Virus record (IMG/VR): IMGVR_UViG_3300025785_000013
Location: 1-64,000 of that record
Strand: one strand, 5' to 3'
Source: a virus
DNA length: 64,000 bases
Shown in pieces: positions 33,301 to 41,818 of this stretch. Below the pieces are notes generated by a model, which had not been told where the DNA came from, did no database searches, and saw only the letters and a list, made by a program, of their open reading frames with translations. Made by a program: the position numbers and the translations under genes. How positions within the stretch are numbered: the stretch's first letter is position 1; each line of letters opens with the position of its first letter.

Positions 33301-34524
33301 TCGTTTACGATTGCCTCTACAGGTGCAACCAACACTTTCACCATCGCAAATACGGCTCAACCCGGTGCAGTCACTTTCGCTGGCACTGCAACCGTGCAAC
33401 CCTTCCCCCTTCCAGCAGGAGGGGCAGTTTCGTATCAAGGCATCAGCGGTTCAACTAATGCAGTCTGGCTCACTGGTTCCAATCCGCAAACGCTCTCTGG
33501 TGATGTGACGGTTGGCAATACAGGAGCAGCCACGGTCAACAAGGTTCAGGGTGTAGCAATCAGCGGAACGCCTTCTGCTGGTCAAGTTCTGACGGCTTCA
33601 GCAACAAACGCTGCATCGTGGTCGGCACAGTCAAGTGTCACGGTCCTTTCCACCACGGGAGGAACGGGAACTGCTGGCACGACAGGAACCTACACGGTGC
33701 CTTCTTGGGCTACCAACCTTCACGTCATCTGCGTTGGTGGTGGAGGTGGGGGTGCAGGTGGTGGATACTTTGCAGGGACAACCGGCTACGCCAGTGGGGG
33801 CGTTGGCGGGAATGGTGGAAATGCCACAATTATTGACATTCCTGTCACCGCGTCCCTTATCTCTTCGGGTATTCCTTACGGCATCGGTGGTGGTGGAACT
33901 GGAGGGACTTGTGCCTCATCAACGACAACTTCTGGTGCTGCTGGGGGAACGGGAGCGACTACCTACTTCGGCTCAACAAACGCTGCGACCAACTCCTACT
34001 GCTACGCCAGTGGTGGGGTGGGTGGTTCGACTGGTGGAAAGTTCAATACTTCATCATTCATCTACAACTTCCAAGGTGTGGTCACCAACGCTCAGACTTC
34101 GGGAAACGTTCTCTACGGTGGCGTTGGGGGCTATGGGGGAACTGGAGGAACTGCTGGTGTTGCTGGAACCAATGCTCAGCAGGGAACCCTTGGTGGCTTC
34201 ACTGGAGGCGGTGGAGGCGGTGGAGGATGCAGTTTCAACACTGGCAACTCCAACGGTGGGGCTGGTGGAAAGCCAGACATCTCGCCCGGTATGTCCACCG
34301 TTGGTGCTGGTGGTGTTGTTTCTGGTTCGGCAGCCACGAGTGGAAGCACCTTTGGATACGCTTCGCCGGGTGCCGGTGGTGGAAACGGCAACAACACTCC
34401 AACTCCAGCAGGAGCCAACGGAGTTTACGGTGGAGGTGGAGGTGGAGGCGGTGCTGCTGCCAACACAACAACTGGCGTTGGTGGAAATGGTGGCGCAGGC
34501 TACATCGTTGTTATTGCGACCTAA
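30319..34524 (+). CDS. Long fibre protein with collagen-like repeats and Gly-rich C-terminal domain
   Basis: GPT/GAT triplets; LSGDVT shaft repeats; CVGGGGGG Gly-rich domain; 1401 aa. Confidence 0.8.
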   Translation: MARTPYTQNSYVGGAYAATLTGSINSSTSTISLTFSGTQYSSWTGLGIATSPSGATANAGFFLSIDYNSASEEKVWVPAQTISWTTSPITLTGVVRGQDGTSAVSHLATAAVIPVLTASDISEGNYTVSQTVGQVQAVGDILYGSTAQAFSRLPIGSAGQVLVAGTTGPFWSTTNTNAHSSVIVADFGTGAAVLVGTNASYTAGTTDASGGLGIGARITGNSTGTLTIDGVGLTGSYANSRVLIAGNTSTQSKYNGIYTLTTVGNTTTPYVLTRATDYNDSIAGEVAPGDYVLTIQGSSYAGRTFVMNATGSGASGITIIGTDPITWVQSGGVGPTGPTGPTGAGGTLGYYGSFYDTTTQSVGSANTPTAMTFNTTAENNGVSITSSSHILFANAGTYNVQFSAQLTQTDNSIDQVQIWLRKNGSDLTETNTTVTMDKQNSDKVASWNFVLTVAANDYLQLMWESNSTSVTLLAQSAGSNYPATPSIILTVQQVMYTQIGPTGATGATGATGATGPTGAGYSGVTSTSTVNLGTGSAVFSGITSTGAFQIGQRARAISTANTSQYVEGTITALTANTSITINVDTFAGSGSPSSWSIAVAGNVGNTGATGATGATGATGATGATGATGATGATGASGSFGTANAPLSLSGTTLSISNATTGASGVITLGGDLNATGSTAGTPRVGSWQGQAFTTGTTAGQVYIFSGTTWAATSLSGDVTVSAAGTATLATTGPGAGTYGSSGSTISHAIISLDAKGRVTGATSSPASLVAGVLNATSATTWTASASDNGQFVRFSSTVVVTLPATAPSAPWLATYYGSGSLTITPSSPATLNGLSSSYYLSSGIPALVWTDGTNYFVQPSISTGNWTATSYLNATQYITAANTLLTLGNKAVYNGTVSTALTLNSASTNNYIPQILVNGSTQTVYLLPNGQVTGSPSILNAYGTTYAGYVVGVGGISTNGTIWTVTTGTTHNFLTGQTVYLGGISAGGSTAYNGSFTIASTGATNTFTIANTAQPGAVTFAGTATVQPFPLPAGGAVSYQGISGSTNAVWLTGSNPQTLSGDVTVGNTGAATVNKVQGVAISGTPSAGQVLTASATNAASWSAQSSVTVLSTTGGTGTAGTTGTYTVPSWATNLHVICVGGGGGGAGGGYFAGTTGYASGGVGGNGGNATIIDIPVTASLISSGIPYGIGGGGTGGTCASSTTTSGAAGGTGATTYFGSTNAATNSYCYASGGVGGSTGGKFNTSSFIYNFQGVVTNAQTSGNVLYGGVGGYGGTGGTAGVAGTNAQQGTLGGFTGGGGGGGGCSFNTGNSNGGAGGKPDISPGMSTVGAGGVVSGSAATSGSTFGYASPGAGGGNGNNTPTPAGANGVYGGGGGGGGAAANTTTGVGGNGGAGYIVVIAT
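32119..32226 (+). repeat. Collagen-like (Gly-Ala-Thr)n repeat
   Basis: GGN GCN ACN tandem 9-mers; shorter tracts near 31318 and 31816. Confidence 0.9.
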
Positions 34525-34532
34525 GGGTTTAG

Positions 34533-36023
34533 ATGCCTCTTGCTAACGAGCAAATTGGACAGACTTTCCTTGGTGGTGCCGAGTTCTTCTTCAGTGGGCG
34601 CACCATCGGGGAAGTCGCCGTCTCCAGTGAAATCGAAATAGCCGAAGCCGTTGACAGCCACAAGTACAACAAAGTTTCTGAAGTTCCTGCTTTGGAAAAC
34701 AGCACGGGCGAAACTTCGGTCATCCACGCTCGTTCAAGTTCCAACGCTTTGGTGGAAACCGATGAGGGAACGACATCGCACACTTCCAAAACTGTCTCAT
34801 CTGTTGCAGAAACAGCAACAGCCACCGACGGCAACAAATCTGCACGAAAGTCTGCTTCCAGCATTGTGGAACAAGACGGAACGGCCATTGCCGAAGACGC
34901 GACCAGCCGGACAAAAAATAGTTTGGCCAGTGAAATCCAAAACTCGCAAGCAGTTGACATCCGCACACGGAACCCTGTTAGCGCAGTGTTTGAAGTGGAA
35001 ACCACTGCTGCTCCAAAGGTCTACGGCAGGAACGTCGTTTCAAAAGCGAGTGTTATTGAATCCAGCACCAACAACAAGCAGTACGCCCGGAACCTTGTCA
35101 GCCACGTCGAACTTCGCAATACCCGTGAGCAACACAAGAAGAACAGCATCCTTGGCCTTGGCGCACTTGGGGCTGGCTACCTTGGGTACTGGATGGCTGG
35201 CTTCCTTCCAAAACAGACCGTTCCAGCAGCCGATGGTGCGATTCGTGGAAAAGTAAGCGACGCATCTCTGGTGGAATCCCAAACAAGCCAGCGAATCGCT
35301 GCGTTCGTCAATAACGGCACGACAACGGAGACGTTCACCACTGATGGCGTAGATTCCCGGACTGTTCCCCGTACTGGTTCGATATCTGAAACGTTTGCAG
35401 CCGAGGCAACTGGTGGAAAAATCCGCAATGCCCTTTCTTCGTCGGCCCTGTTCCAAAGTAGTTCTGCCGTCAAGAAGCAAAACTTGCCACGCCTTTCAAC
35501 AGTTGCCGAAGTGCTGGTCAGTGCAGCCACGGGCCAAAACGTTCGTCGGCCCATTTCGGCAGTGGTGGAATCCTCGCAGCAAACCAATACCAAGAGCCAC
35601 GGATTTGGCCGACTTTCTTCTGCGTTCCAAACGTTCGTTGCGGCTGCAACAACCGGGCGTACCCGAACCGAAGTTGGTGAAACGGCCTTCGTACAGGCCG
35701 AAGCAGGCGTTCGCTCTACGATTCACAGGGAAACTGGAGCAGCAAAACTCGTAGAGGCCAAGACCGAAGCCAAGAAGACTTCCTACCTGACCAATTCAGC
35801 AGCATCTCTGGTGCAAGCCGTATCTAGTAGCCGTTCGTTGCAAGCAATTGTTAACGGTGCTGGAATCCTCGTTCAGGTCGCTTCGTGCTTCAGTTTTGCT
35901 CGCATCATCACCAACCCCCTGCCCGAAACGTATATCGAAAAAACGGCTGCTGGGGTGTATGGTGAAATGTCCCAAATTCTTTTTGAAGACGGTGGAGTAG
36001 GCTCTTACAAGGACGGCCCATAA
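34533..36023 (+). CDS. Putative virion structural protein (S/T/A-rich)
   Basis: 496 aa, inside the structural operon. Confidence 0.6.
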   Translation: MPLANEQIGQTFLGGAEFFFSGRTIGEVAVSSEIEIAEAVDSHKYNKVSEVPALENSTGETSVIHARSSSNALVETDEGTTSHTSKTVSSVAETATATDGNKSARKSASSIVEQDGTAIAEDATSRTKNSLASEIQNSQAVDIRTRNPVSAVFEVETTAAPKVYGRNVVSKASVIESSTNNKQYARNLVSHVELRNTREQHKKNSILGLGALGAGYLGYWMAGFLPKQTVPAADGAIRGKVSDASLVESQTSQRIAAFVNNGTTTETFTTDGVDSRTVPRTGSISETFAAEATGGKIRNALSSSALFQSSSAVKKQNLPRLSTVAEVLVSAATGQNVRRPISAVVESSQQTNTKSHGFGRLSSAFQTFVAAATTGRTRTEVGETAFVQAEAGVRSTIHRETGAAKLVEAKTEAKKTSYLTNSAASLVQAVSSSRSLQAIVNGAGILVQVASCFSFARIITNPLPETYIEKTAAGVYGEMSQILFEDGGVGSYKDGP

Positions 36024-36025
36024 AA

Positions 36026-36358
36026 ATGACGATTAACTACCCAACTCCAGCAGCCAGTCTCCCAGAACTGGAATTTACTTGGGAAGATGCCGTGGGGAAC
36101 GTCATAGATTTCAGCATCCCGGACTGGTCGTTCCAATTGAAGATTGGACGTTTCCCCAGTCCAGCCGTTTTGACCAAGACCAGTGGGATTCAAGGCTTTG
36201 CCGTCGCCCCAAATCTCATTGTCAATTGGAACCCCGGTGACCTCAACAAGTTGACCCCCGGTGTGTGGTACTTGCAAGTGACAGCAACCTACGGCCCAAC
36301 GGCGCAGCAGCGTGTGTTGACCGGCTCTATCCGTATTGACCAACCAGTGATGTCGTAG
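36026..36358 (+). CDS. BppU-N-like small structural protein
   Basis: GDLNKLTPGVWYLQVTAT..G.I.I pattern. Confidence 0.55.
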   Translation: MTINYPTPAASLPELEFTWEDAVGNVIDFSIPDWSFQLKIGRFPSPAVLTKTSGIQGFAVAPNLIVNWNPGDLNKLTPGVWYLQVTATYGPTAQQRVLTGSIRIDQPVMS

Positions 36359-36366
36359 GTGAAAAG

Positions 36367-36885
36367 ATGACGTGGACATACACGCAAGACCCAACCAGTT
36401 CCGTCAAGGATGCCGTGCGCTTCCTCATCGGAGACACCAACGAAGGTGACCCGCTTCTCCAAGACGAGGAAATCTACTTCAACCTCTCTGAGGTGAATAT
36501 GGATGTCTACCGTGCTGCATCGAACAGTTGCTACAACTTGGCTGCCAAGTTCACCCAGCAGGCAACCAACGTCTCCAAGAGCGTCGGTGGCCTCTCCCTG
36601 AGCCAAGGCTACGGTGACCGAGCGCAGCGTTTTGAGCGTCTGGCCAAGGACTTGCTGATTCGCAGCCGTCGTGTCAATCCCCCGATTGCCAACGTTGACC
36701 CCCACGCACTCTGGGCAGAACTCAAAGTTGGTGGCCTTGACCCGTACATCCTCACTGAAAACACTTGGCCGACGAACTCAGAACTCGGCACAACGACTTC
36801 CTACGGGATGGGCTACAACCCCGGTGGTGGTGAAAACAACTCCGATGCCAACGGCGATGAATACAACGGCAACGATGTACCGTGA
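36367..36885 (+). CDS. Head-to-tail adaptor
   Basis: WTY..DP..DAVRFLIGDT..LLQDEEI..SVGGLSLS. Confidence 0.8.
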   Translation: MTWTYTQDPTSSVKDAVRFLIGDTNEGDPLLQDEEIYFNLSEVNMDVYRAASNSCYNLAAKFTQQATNVSKSVGGLSLSQGYGDRAQRFERLAKDLLIRSRRVNPPIANVDPHALWAELKVGGLDPYILTENTWPTNSELGTTTSYGMGYNPGGGENNSDANGDEYNGNDVP

Positions 36886-37292
36886 GTATTGACCCAGAAC
36901 TTCTGGCGATAATGACCCAGACCATTATCGTCCAAAACCCGATTGCAGCAAAAAGCCCCGGTGGTGGCCCACCGGTTTTGGATGGCTACGGGAGACACTA
37001 CGTCAACAGCAGTGGGCAAAGTGGTTCGACGGTGGAATACGGCCCACCAGTGACCTACAAGTGTCGCTTGGAGTACAAAATGAAGGTGCTGGCCACTGAA
37101 AATGGCCGTGACCGGATGAGTTCTGGCCGTGCCTACCTCAACGGTTTCTACCCCAACCTCACTACTGAGTGTCTGGTCGTTGTCCCAAACCAGACGCAGG
37201 AATCCTTGAAGTACCCAGTGGTGATGTATGTAGAGAACAACTTCGATGAGACTGGCCTGACGGGGTACAACACCGTTCTGCACTTTGAATAG
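36882..37292 (+). CDS. Head-to-tail stopper / head closure protein
   Basis: Synteny; DGYG..YGPPVTYKCRLE. Confidence 0.7.
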   Translation: MSIDPELLAIMTQTIIVQNPIAAKSPGGGPPVLDGYGRHYVNSSGQSGSTVEYGPPVTYKCRLEYKMKVLATENGRDRMSSGRAYLNGFYPNLTTECLVVVPNQTQESLKYPVVMYVENNFDETGLTGYNTVLHFE

Positions 37293-37303
37293 GGGGCAGT
37301 GAA

Positions 37304-37693
37304 ATGGCCGAAGAACTTACTGCCGAAGTCTCGCTCCACCTGTTCAATATGATGAACGCTCCAAAGCGTGTTTTGGAGGAAATGGTTGATGCCTATAACG
37401 AATATCTGCACTTCGTTTTTCAACTGAGCCAAGAGTTAGTCCCAGTGGACACTGGTGATTTGATGATGAGTGGCCAAGTTGACGATGCCGTGCTCCGTGA
37501 CGAAAACACGGTTGGTGGGTCAATCACCTACGGCGACAATTTGGTGGATTACGCAGTGATTGTCCACGAAGATTTGGATGCTTACCACGAGTATCCAACG
37601 CAGGCGAAGTACCTTGAACAACCGTTTACCGACAATTTCCCCGACCTCGTAGAAGACGTAAAGCGTAGAATCCGAAAGGCGTTGAAAGAATAA
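37304..37693 (+). CDS. HK97 gp10-like neck protein
   Basis: VPVDTGDL..SG..YAVIVHE..QAKYLEQP. Confidence 0.8.
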   Translation: MAEELTAEVSLHLFNMMNAPKRVLEEMVDAYNEYLHFVFQLSQELVPVDTGDLMMSGQVDDAVLRDENTVGGSITYGDNLVDYAVIVHEDLDAYHEYPTQAKYLEQPFTDNFPDLVEDVKRRIRKALKE

Positions 37694-38127
37694 TGGCACT
37701 CCTTGATTCGATGGGCCAGTATCTCCAAGACCAGACAGCCAGTCTCCCTAGCAATCAGCAGTTGACCCTCGGTGGGAACCTGTTCCTTGGTCGCTTCCCG
37801 GCAGAAGCCCCGAACGCTGCCGTCCTCATCCAACAATACGGTGGTGGAACTCCGACGATGACGATGGGTTCAGCACCGGCGGTCATTGAGAATCCAAAAC
37901 TCCAGTTGCTCGTTCGTGGTGAGCGAGAGGACTACCCGGATGCCTACCAGTTGGCCTACATCCTTTGGACAATTTTGTCCTCAGTGGTCACAAACGTCAC
38001 CATTGACGGCACCAACATTCTCCGTATCGCTCCTATGGGGATGCCGAACTACATCGGCTACGACGATACTGACCGACCTAAGTTCACCATCAACTTCACA
38101 GCGATGGTCGCTACGCCCTCGTCGTGA
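37693..38127 (+). CDS. Tail terminator
   Basis: LFLGRFP..P..QLLVRG..GYDDTDRPKFTINF; synteny. Confidence 0.8.
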   Translation: MALLDSMGQYLQDQTASLPSNQQLTLGGNLFLGRFPAEAPNAAVLIQQYGGGTPTMTMGSAPAVIENPKLQLLVRGEREDYPDAYQLAYILWTILSSVVTNVTIDGTNILRIAPMGMPNYIGYDDTDRPKFTINFTAMVATPSS

Positions 38128-38360
38128 GCGAACTCAACCTTGTACTGAAATCCATTGAGGCTGCCAAGGCAGCCAACCTCGCAGCCATCCGTGCTTTGGA
38201 AGCCGTCGAACAGATGTTGGGTGGTTCTGCCCCTGAGCCTGAGCCAGAGACGGAGCCGGAACAGCAGCCTGAGGGATGCCAACACACCGATGCCGTGAAG
38301 GTTCCTACGGTCAACGGCTCGTTCCTCGTCTGCCCCTGCGGGCATCAGCAAGAAATCTAA
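38124..38360 (+). CDS. Small hypothetical protein (CxH..CxCG)
   Basis: GTGA overlap. Confidence 0.55.
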   Translation: MSELNLVLKSIEAAKAANLAAIRALEAVEQMLGGSAPEPEPETEPEQQPEGCQHTDAVKVPTVNGSFLVCPCGHQQEI

Positions 38361-38369
38361 AATCCTGAC

Positions 38370-38398
38370 TTGACTTTGTTCTAACCCTAATGTAAACT
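38370..38398 (+). promoter_or_regulatory. Internal promoter (moron-like unit)
   Basis: TTGACT-17-TAAACT; ATG 6 nt downstream. Confidence 0.75.
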
Positions 38399-38404
38399 TA
38401 GGGT

Positions 38405-38551
38405 ATGAGCAACCTCACAGAAGAACAGCAAGCAGCGATGAACAGATTCGCTCAGGACTTTGCAGCAGTGCTTTTTCCCATTGTGCGTAGGAAGTACGAG
38501 CAAGACCTGAGCAACGGAGCCACCGAAGCCCAGACGATAGGAGAGCAATGA
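38405..38551 (+). CDS. 48-aa leaderless hypothetical protein (not in ORF track)
   Basis: MSNLTEEQQAAMNRFAQDFAAVLFPIVRRKY..; ATGA overlap with next gene. Confidence 0.55.
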   Translation: MSNLTEEQQAAMNRFAQDFAAVLFPIVRRKYEQDLSNGATEAQTIGEQ

Positions 38552-38841
38552 ACACCATCACCCCTCTGTTCCCCCTTGGGAACGTGGTCATCACGACCAA
38601 CGCCCTGAACACCCTCACCGAGGCCAACCCTGAGGCTTCCTACGAGATGGTCAAAATCCTTGGCCGTCACCAGTCTGGCGACTGGGGAATCGTTGACAAC
38701 GAGGACAAGAGTTCCAACGACGATGCCGTGAAGAACGGAAGCCGTATCCTGTCGGCCTACGAAATCGAAGGCATCAAGGTGTGGGTCATCACCGAGTATG
38801 ACCGGAGCATCACCACCATTTTGCTCCCTGAGGACTACTAA
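38548..38841 (+). CDS. Conserved mobile-element small protein
   Basis: FPLGNVVIT..RHQSGDWG..RILSAY..WVITEYDRSITTILLPEDY. Confidence 0.75.
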   Translation: MNTITPLFPLGNVVITTNALNTLTEANPEASYEMVKILGRHQSGDWGIVDNEDKSSNDDAVKNGSRILSAYEIEGIKVWVITEYDRSITTILLPEDY

Positions 38842-38894
38842 GCAGCCAATCCAAGGTTGTGTAGAATCCCCTAGGGAAATACACAGGAGACAAA

Positions 38895-39167
38895 ATGGCA
38901 GCGCGGAAAACGCAAGGCGTGGCAGACCTCGCTCTCACCTACGAATGGGAGAACGTTGAGGAATGGGATGGCCTCGTCAAGGGTGACCTCGTACTCGTCA
39001 AGGGCGAGCGTGGTGATTGGCGTTTCCAATGGGCTAAGGTCAAAGATGGCGAAGTCACTGAGGTGACTGTCCACGGTGGCCCCAATGGTCACGGCTCGTT
39101 CCGAACGTTCTTACCGAACCGGGTCAGCAAGCCAAAGGTCAGGAATCGCAGGCCTGCCAAGGCGTAG
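38895..39167 (+). CDS. SH3-like hypothetical protein, paralogue of 60801-61088
   Basis: AGGAG RBS; shared W..KG.LV.V.G..G..RF..DGEV.EVTVHGG..GH.S.RTF. Confidence 0.7.
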   Translation: MAARKTQGVADLALTYEWENVEEWDGLVKGDLVLVKGERGDWRFQWAKVKDGEVTEVTVHGGPNGHGSFRTFLPNRVSKPKVRNRRPAKA

Positions 39168-39248
39168 TACGGTGTTGTAGTCAAATCCATTTCGGACTTT
39201 CGGTGGTAATCTTGCGGGGTAAGTACCCTCGCTCACCGGAAGGGCCAG

Positions 39249-39464
39249 ATGGCTAAGGCTGCACCGAAGTCCTACCAAGTCACCGACAAGTCGCCCCTTA
39301 CCTACAACGGTAAGCGGGCTATGCCCAGTGACGTGGTGACGGATATCCCCGGCGAGGACATTTCGTGGCTTCTTGAAGGTGGCTACATCGTTCCTGTCGA
39401 ATCAGCACCTGAGCCAGACGTGGATGCTAGCGAGCCTGCCCCTGCGACTACCGAGGCCAACTAA
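39249..39464 (+). CDS. Small tail-associated hypothetical protein
   Basis: Coupled to the major tail gene; WLLEGGYI. Confidence 0.6.
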   Translation: MAKAAPKSYQVTDKSPLTYNGKRAMPSDVVTDIPGEDISWLLEGGYIVPVESAPEPDVDASEPAPATTEAN

Positions 39465-40465
39465 TGCCGATTTTCCAGCACGGTAAGAATACTCGCACCA
39501 TCCTCACGGTTCCAAATTCGACGGCAGGCACGTTCACTGGCACGGCCACCAACAGCAGTTATTACTTGACTGGCGTAGTCACCTCGTTCGGCTTGACGGT
39601 TGGAATGGTCATCACGTCTCCCTCAGACCTGTCGTGGTCGGCAGTCATCACCTCAATCGGTTCCAACTCCGTAATGCTTAACGCCACGCCGAGTTCGGGT
39701 GTCTACAGCGCAACGGCCCCACAGGTTTTCACTGTGCTTCTGCCCCAAGTTTCGGCTGGAGTGACCGGAATTGGCTACGACCTCTCCCAATTTCTGAACG
39801 ATGCCAGCATCAGCCAGATGATTGACGCTACTGAAACCACCACGTTCCAAACCGGTGGCAGTAAGTCCTACATTCAAGGGTTGAAGGAAGGCACCGTCAG
39901 TCTGTCCGGCTTCTATGACGGAACACCAGCCGGTATTGACCCAATTATGTACAGGACTGCCAACCTCGCAGCCAACAAGTCCGTTCTTATCTTCCTTGAT
40001 GGTGGAAACAACGCTACCCCGGCAGTTTGCTATATGGCCAACGGTGTCCAAACTAAGTACGACTTGAAGTCGCCAGTTGCCGGTGTTGTTAGTGCTGATA
40101 TGGAACTTCAGGCCGATGGTGGCGTGTGGCGTGGATACGGCCAGTACATCACTTCGGGAACCACCAGCCTCATTGCAGCAGCCACGGTCAACAACAACTT
40201 TTCCACCTCAAAGGGTGGGCTGTTGATTATGGGCGTTTCGTCGGCCAACGGCAACTCCGGTTCTTCGTTGCTGGAATTCCAAACCTCGCCAACCGGCTCA
40301 GTGTGGACAACGGTGGAAACGCTGACTGTTGACGCTTCAACCTCTTACGGGATTGGTGCAGTCGCCATCAACCTCGTTGGAACCATCCCGCAGTACACCC
40401 GCCTGTACTACTCCGTCGGAAGCGGAGTGACAGCCAACATCTACTACGGGTTCGCCCGCTTCTAG
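39464..40465 (+). CDS. Major tail protein-like 1 (extra C-terminal domain)
   Basis: MPIFQHGKN..ETTTF..KSYIQGLK..SGFYD..YDLKSPVAGVV. Confidence 0.75.
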   Translation: MPIFQHGKNTRTILTVPNSTAGTFTGTATNSSYYLTGVVTSFGLTVGMVITSPSDLSWSAVITSIGSNSVMLNATPSSGVYSATAPQVFTVLLPQVSAGVTGIGYDLSQFLNDASISQMIDATETTTFQTGGSKSYIQGLKEGTVSLSGFYDGTPAGIDPIMYRTANLAANKSVLIFLDGGNNATPAVCYMANGVQTKYDLKSPVAGVVSADMELQADGGVWRGYGQYITSGTTSLIAAATVNNNFSTSKGGLLIMGVSSANGNSGSSLLEFQTSPTGSVWTTVETLTVDASTSYGIGAVAINLVGTIPQYTRLYYSVGSGVTANIYYGFARF

Positions 40466-40477
40466 AAGGAGATAGCA

Positions 40478-41248
40478 ATGCCCATTTTCAATCACGGTAA
40501 GAACGCGTTTCTGGCCCTCGGATACGAGTTGTCCGGTTCCACCTACGCAACCTGCACCCTGACCAGTTCCTCGTCGCTCTCCAGCGTTTTAGTGCCTGCT
40601 GGCACCCTGCTCGCTGGTGGTGCCGGTGCTTACGGCAGCCCGTCAATGCTCGCTGGTTCGACGGCCACCTATGGTGTGTTCGCTGGTGGAATCCCCGGCT
40701 ACACGACCACCCAAATCACGAGCAGCAGCACGAGCGTCACGCTGGCTGAATCGGCAATTGGTGGAACCGGTGTCCTGCCTGCCGTTGGTACGGCTGGCGT
40801 TCCGCTTCTGCCGATGGTGAACATCTCGCCATTTATCAACGACGCTGGACTTCCGGTTGCCATTGACGCAAGCGAAACCACGACGTTCAGCCAAGCCGGT
40901 GTGAAGACCTACATTCAGGGTCTGAAGGGCTACTCGCTTACGTTTGCTGGTATGTACGACCAGACTGCTGCTGGTGCAACCTCGGCTGCCGATGGCGTTG
41001 CTGGTGGAATTGACTACATCGTTTACTGTATGGAGAACTGGCAGAACATTGCTGGAAACTTCGTTCAGTTCGTGTACGGCCCGTCTGACCCCGGCCAGTT
41101 CGTTCTTGGTTCGGCTGGTGTGCCATCCATCAAGTACTTCGGCCAAGGCGTTTTCACCAAGTACGACCTGAAGTCATCGGTCAACGGCGTTGTGACGTTC
41201 GACGGTGAAATCCAAGTGACAGGCCCCGTGTATCGGACTATCCTCTAG
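40478..41248 (+). CDS. Major tail protein 2
   Basis: MPIFNHGKN..ETTTF..KTYIQGLK..YDLKSSVNGVVTFDGEIQVTGPV; directly precedes the chaperone. Confidence 0.8.
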   Translation: MPIFNHGKNAFLALGYELSGSTYATCTLTSSSSLSSVLVPAGTLLAGGAGAYGSPSMLAGSTATYGVFAGGIPGYTTTQITSSSTSVTLAESAIGGTGVLPAVGTAGVPLLPMVNISPFINDAGLPVAIDASETTTFSQAGVKTYIQGLKGYSLTFAGMYDQTAAGATSAADGVAGGIDYIVYCMENWQNIAGNFVQFVYGPSDPGQFVLGSAGVPSIKYFGQGVFTKYDLKSSVNGVVTFDGEIQVTGPVYRTIL

Positions 41249-41270
41249 GTAACCCTAGTAAGGAGCAGGA

Positions 41271-41624
41271 ATGTCAAATCTCGCACAGCAAATTTTTGCC
41301 GTAGACGATATCGAAAGCGAACTTTTGGAAATCGCGCAGTGGAATGTCACCGTGCTGGTCAAGTCAATGACGGCCAAGGACCGCGCCCGGATGATTGGTC
41401 GCTCGGTTCAGGCCAACGGCAACTTCGACTTGGAAGAAGTCCTGCCCGACTTGGTGATTCACTGCACTTTCGACCCAGAGACGGGCGAGCGTGTGTTCAC
41501 GCCAGCCGACCGCGAGATGCTGATGTCCAAGGCTGCCTCGGCCATCGAACTCATCGCCACGGTTGCAATGCGCTTGTCCGGTATGGACGAGGATGCAATT
41601 GAGAGGGCGGGAAAAGGCTTGTAG
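41271..41624 (+). CDS. Tail assembly chaperone (gpG-like)
   Basis: AAGGAG RBS; between MTP and TMP; ends at a slippery site. Confidence 0.85.
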   Translation: MSNLAQQIFAVDDIESELLEIAQWNVTVLVKSMTAKDRARMIGRSVQANGNFDLEEVLPDLVIHCTFDPETGERVFTPADREMLMSKAASAIELIATVAMRLSGMDEDAIERAGKGL

Positions 41625-41800
41625 ATGACCCGGAAAGGAGATTTCTCTTTGAGTTGGCTGAAAAGTTAGGCCGAACCGTAGAGGAACTTCTTGACGGGTC
41701 ACCGTCACACAAACCAATTTCCGCTTACGAAGTGACTGAGTGGCACGCATTGTGGCGACTGAGGAACTACGAACACGAACAGGCCACAAAGGGCTACTAG
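41609..41800 (+). other. -1 programmed frameshift G-GGA-AAA giving the gpGT-like extension
   Basis: GGGAAAA at 41609-41615 in the correct phase; -1 frame reads RLVDDPERRFLFELAEKLGRTVEELL..EW.. to TAG 41800. Confidence 0.88.
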
Positions 41801-41818
41801 CGGAAAGGGGGTAGTGAA

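Noticed and set aside
33635-34546. Alternative-frame ORFs (303 aa; Trp/Arg-rich 207 aa)
   Set aside because: By-products of GGN-rich glycine codons in the fibre gene
41609-41800. Chaperone frameshift as a novelty
   Set aside because: Standard siphophage gpG/gpGT feature; listed as a feature only
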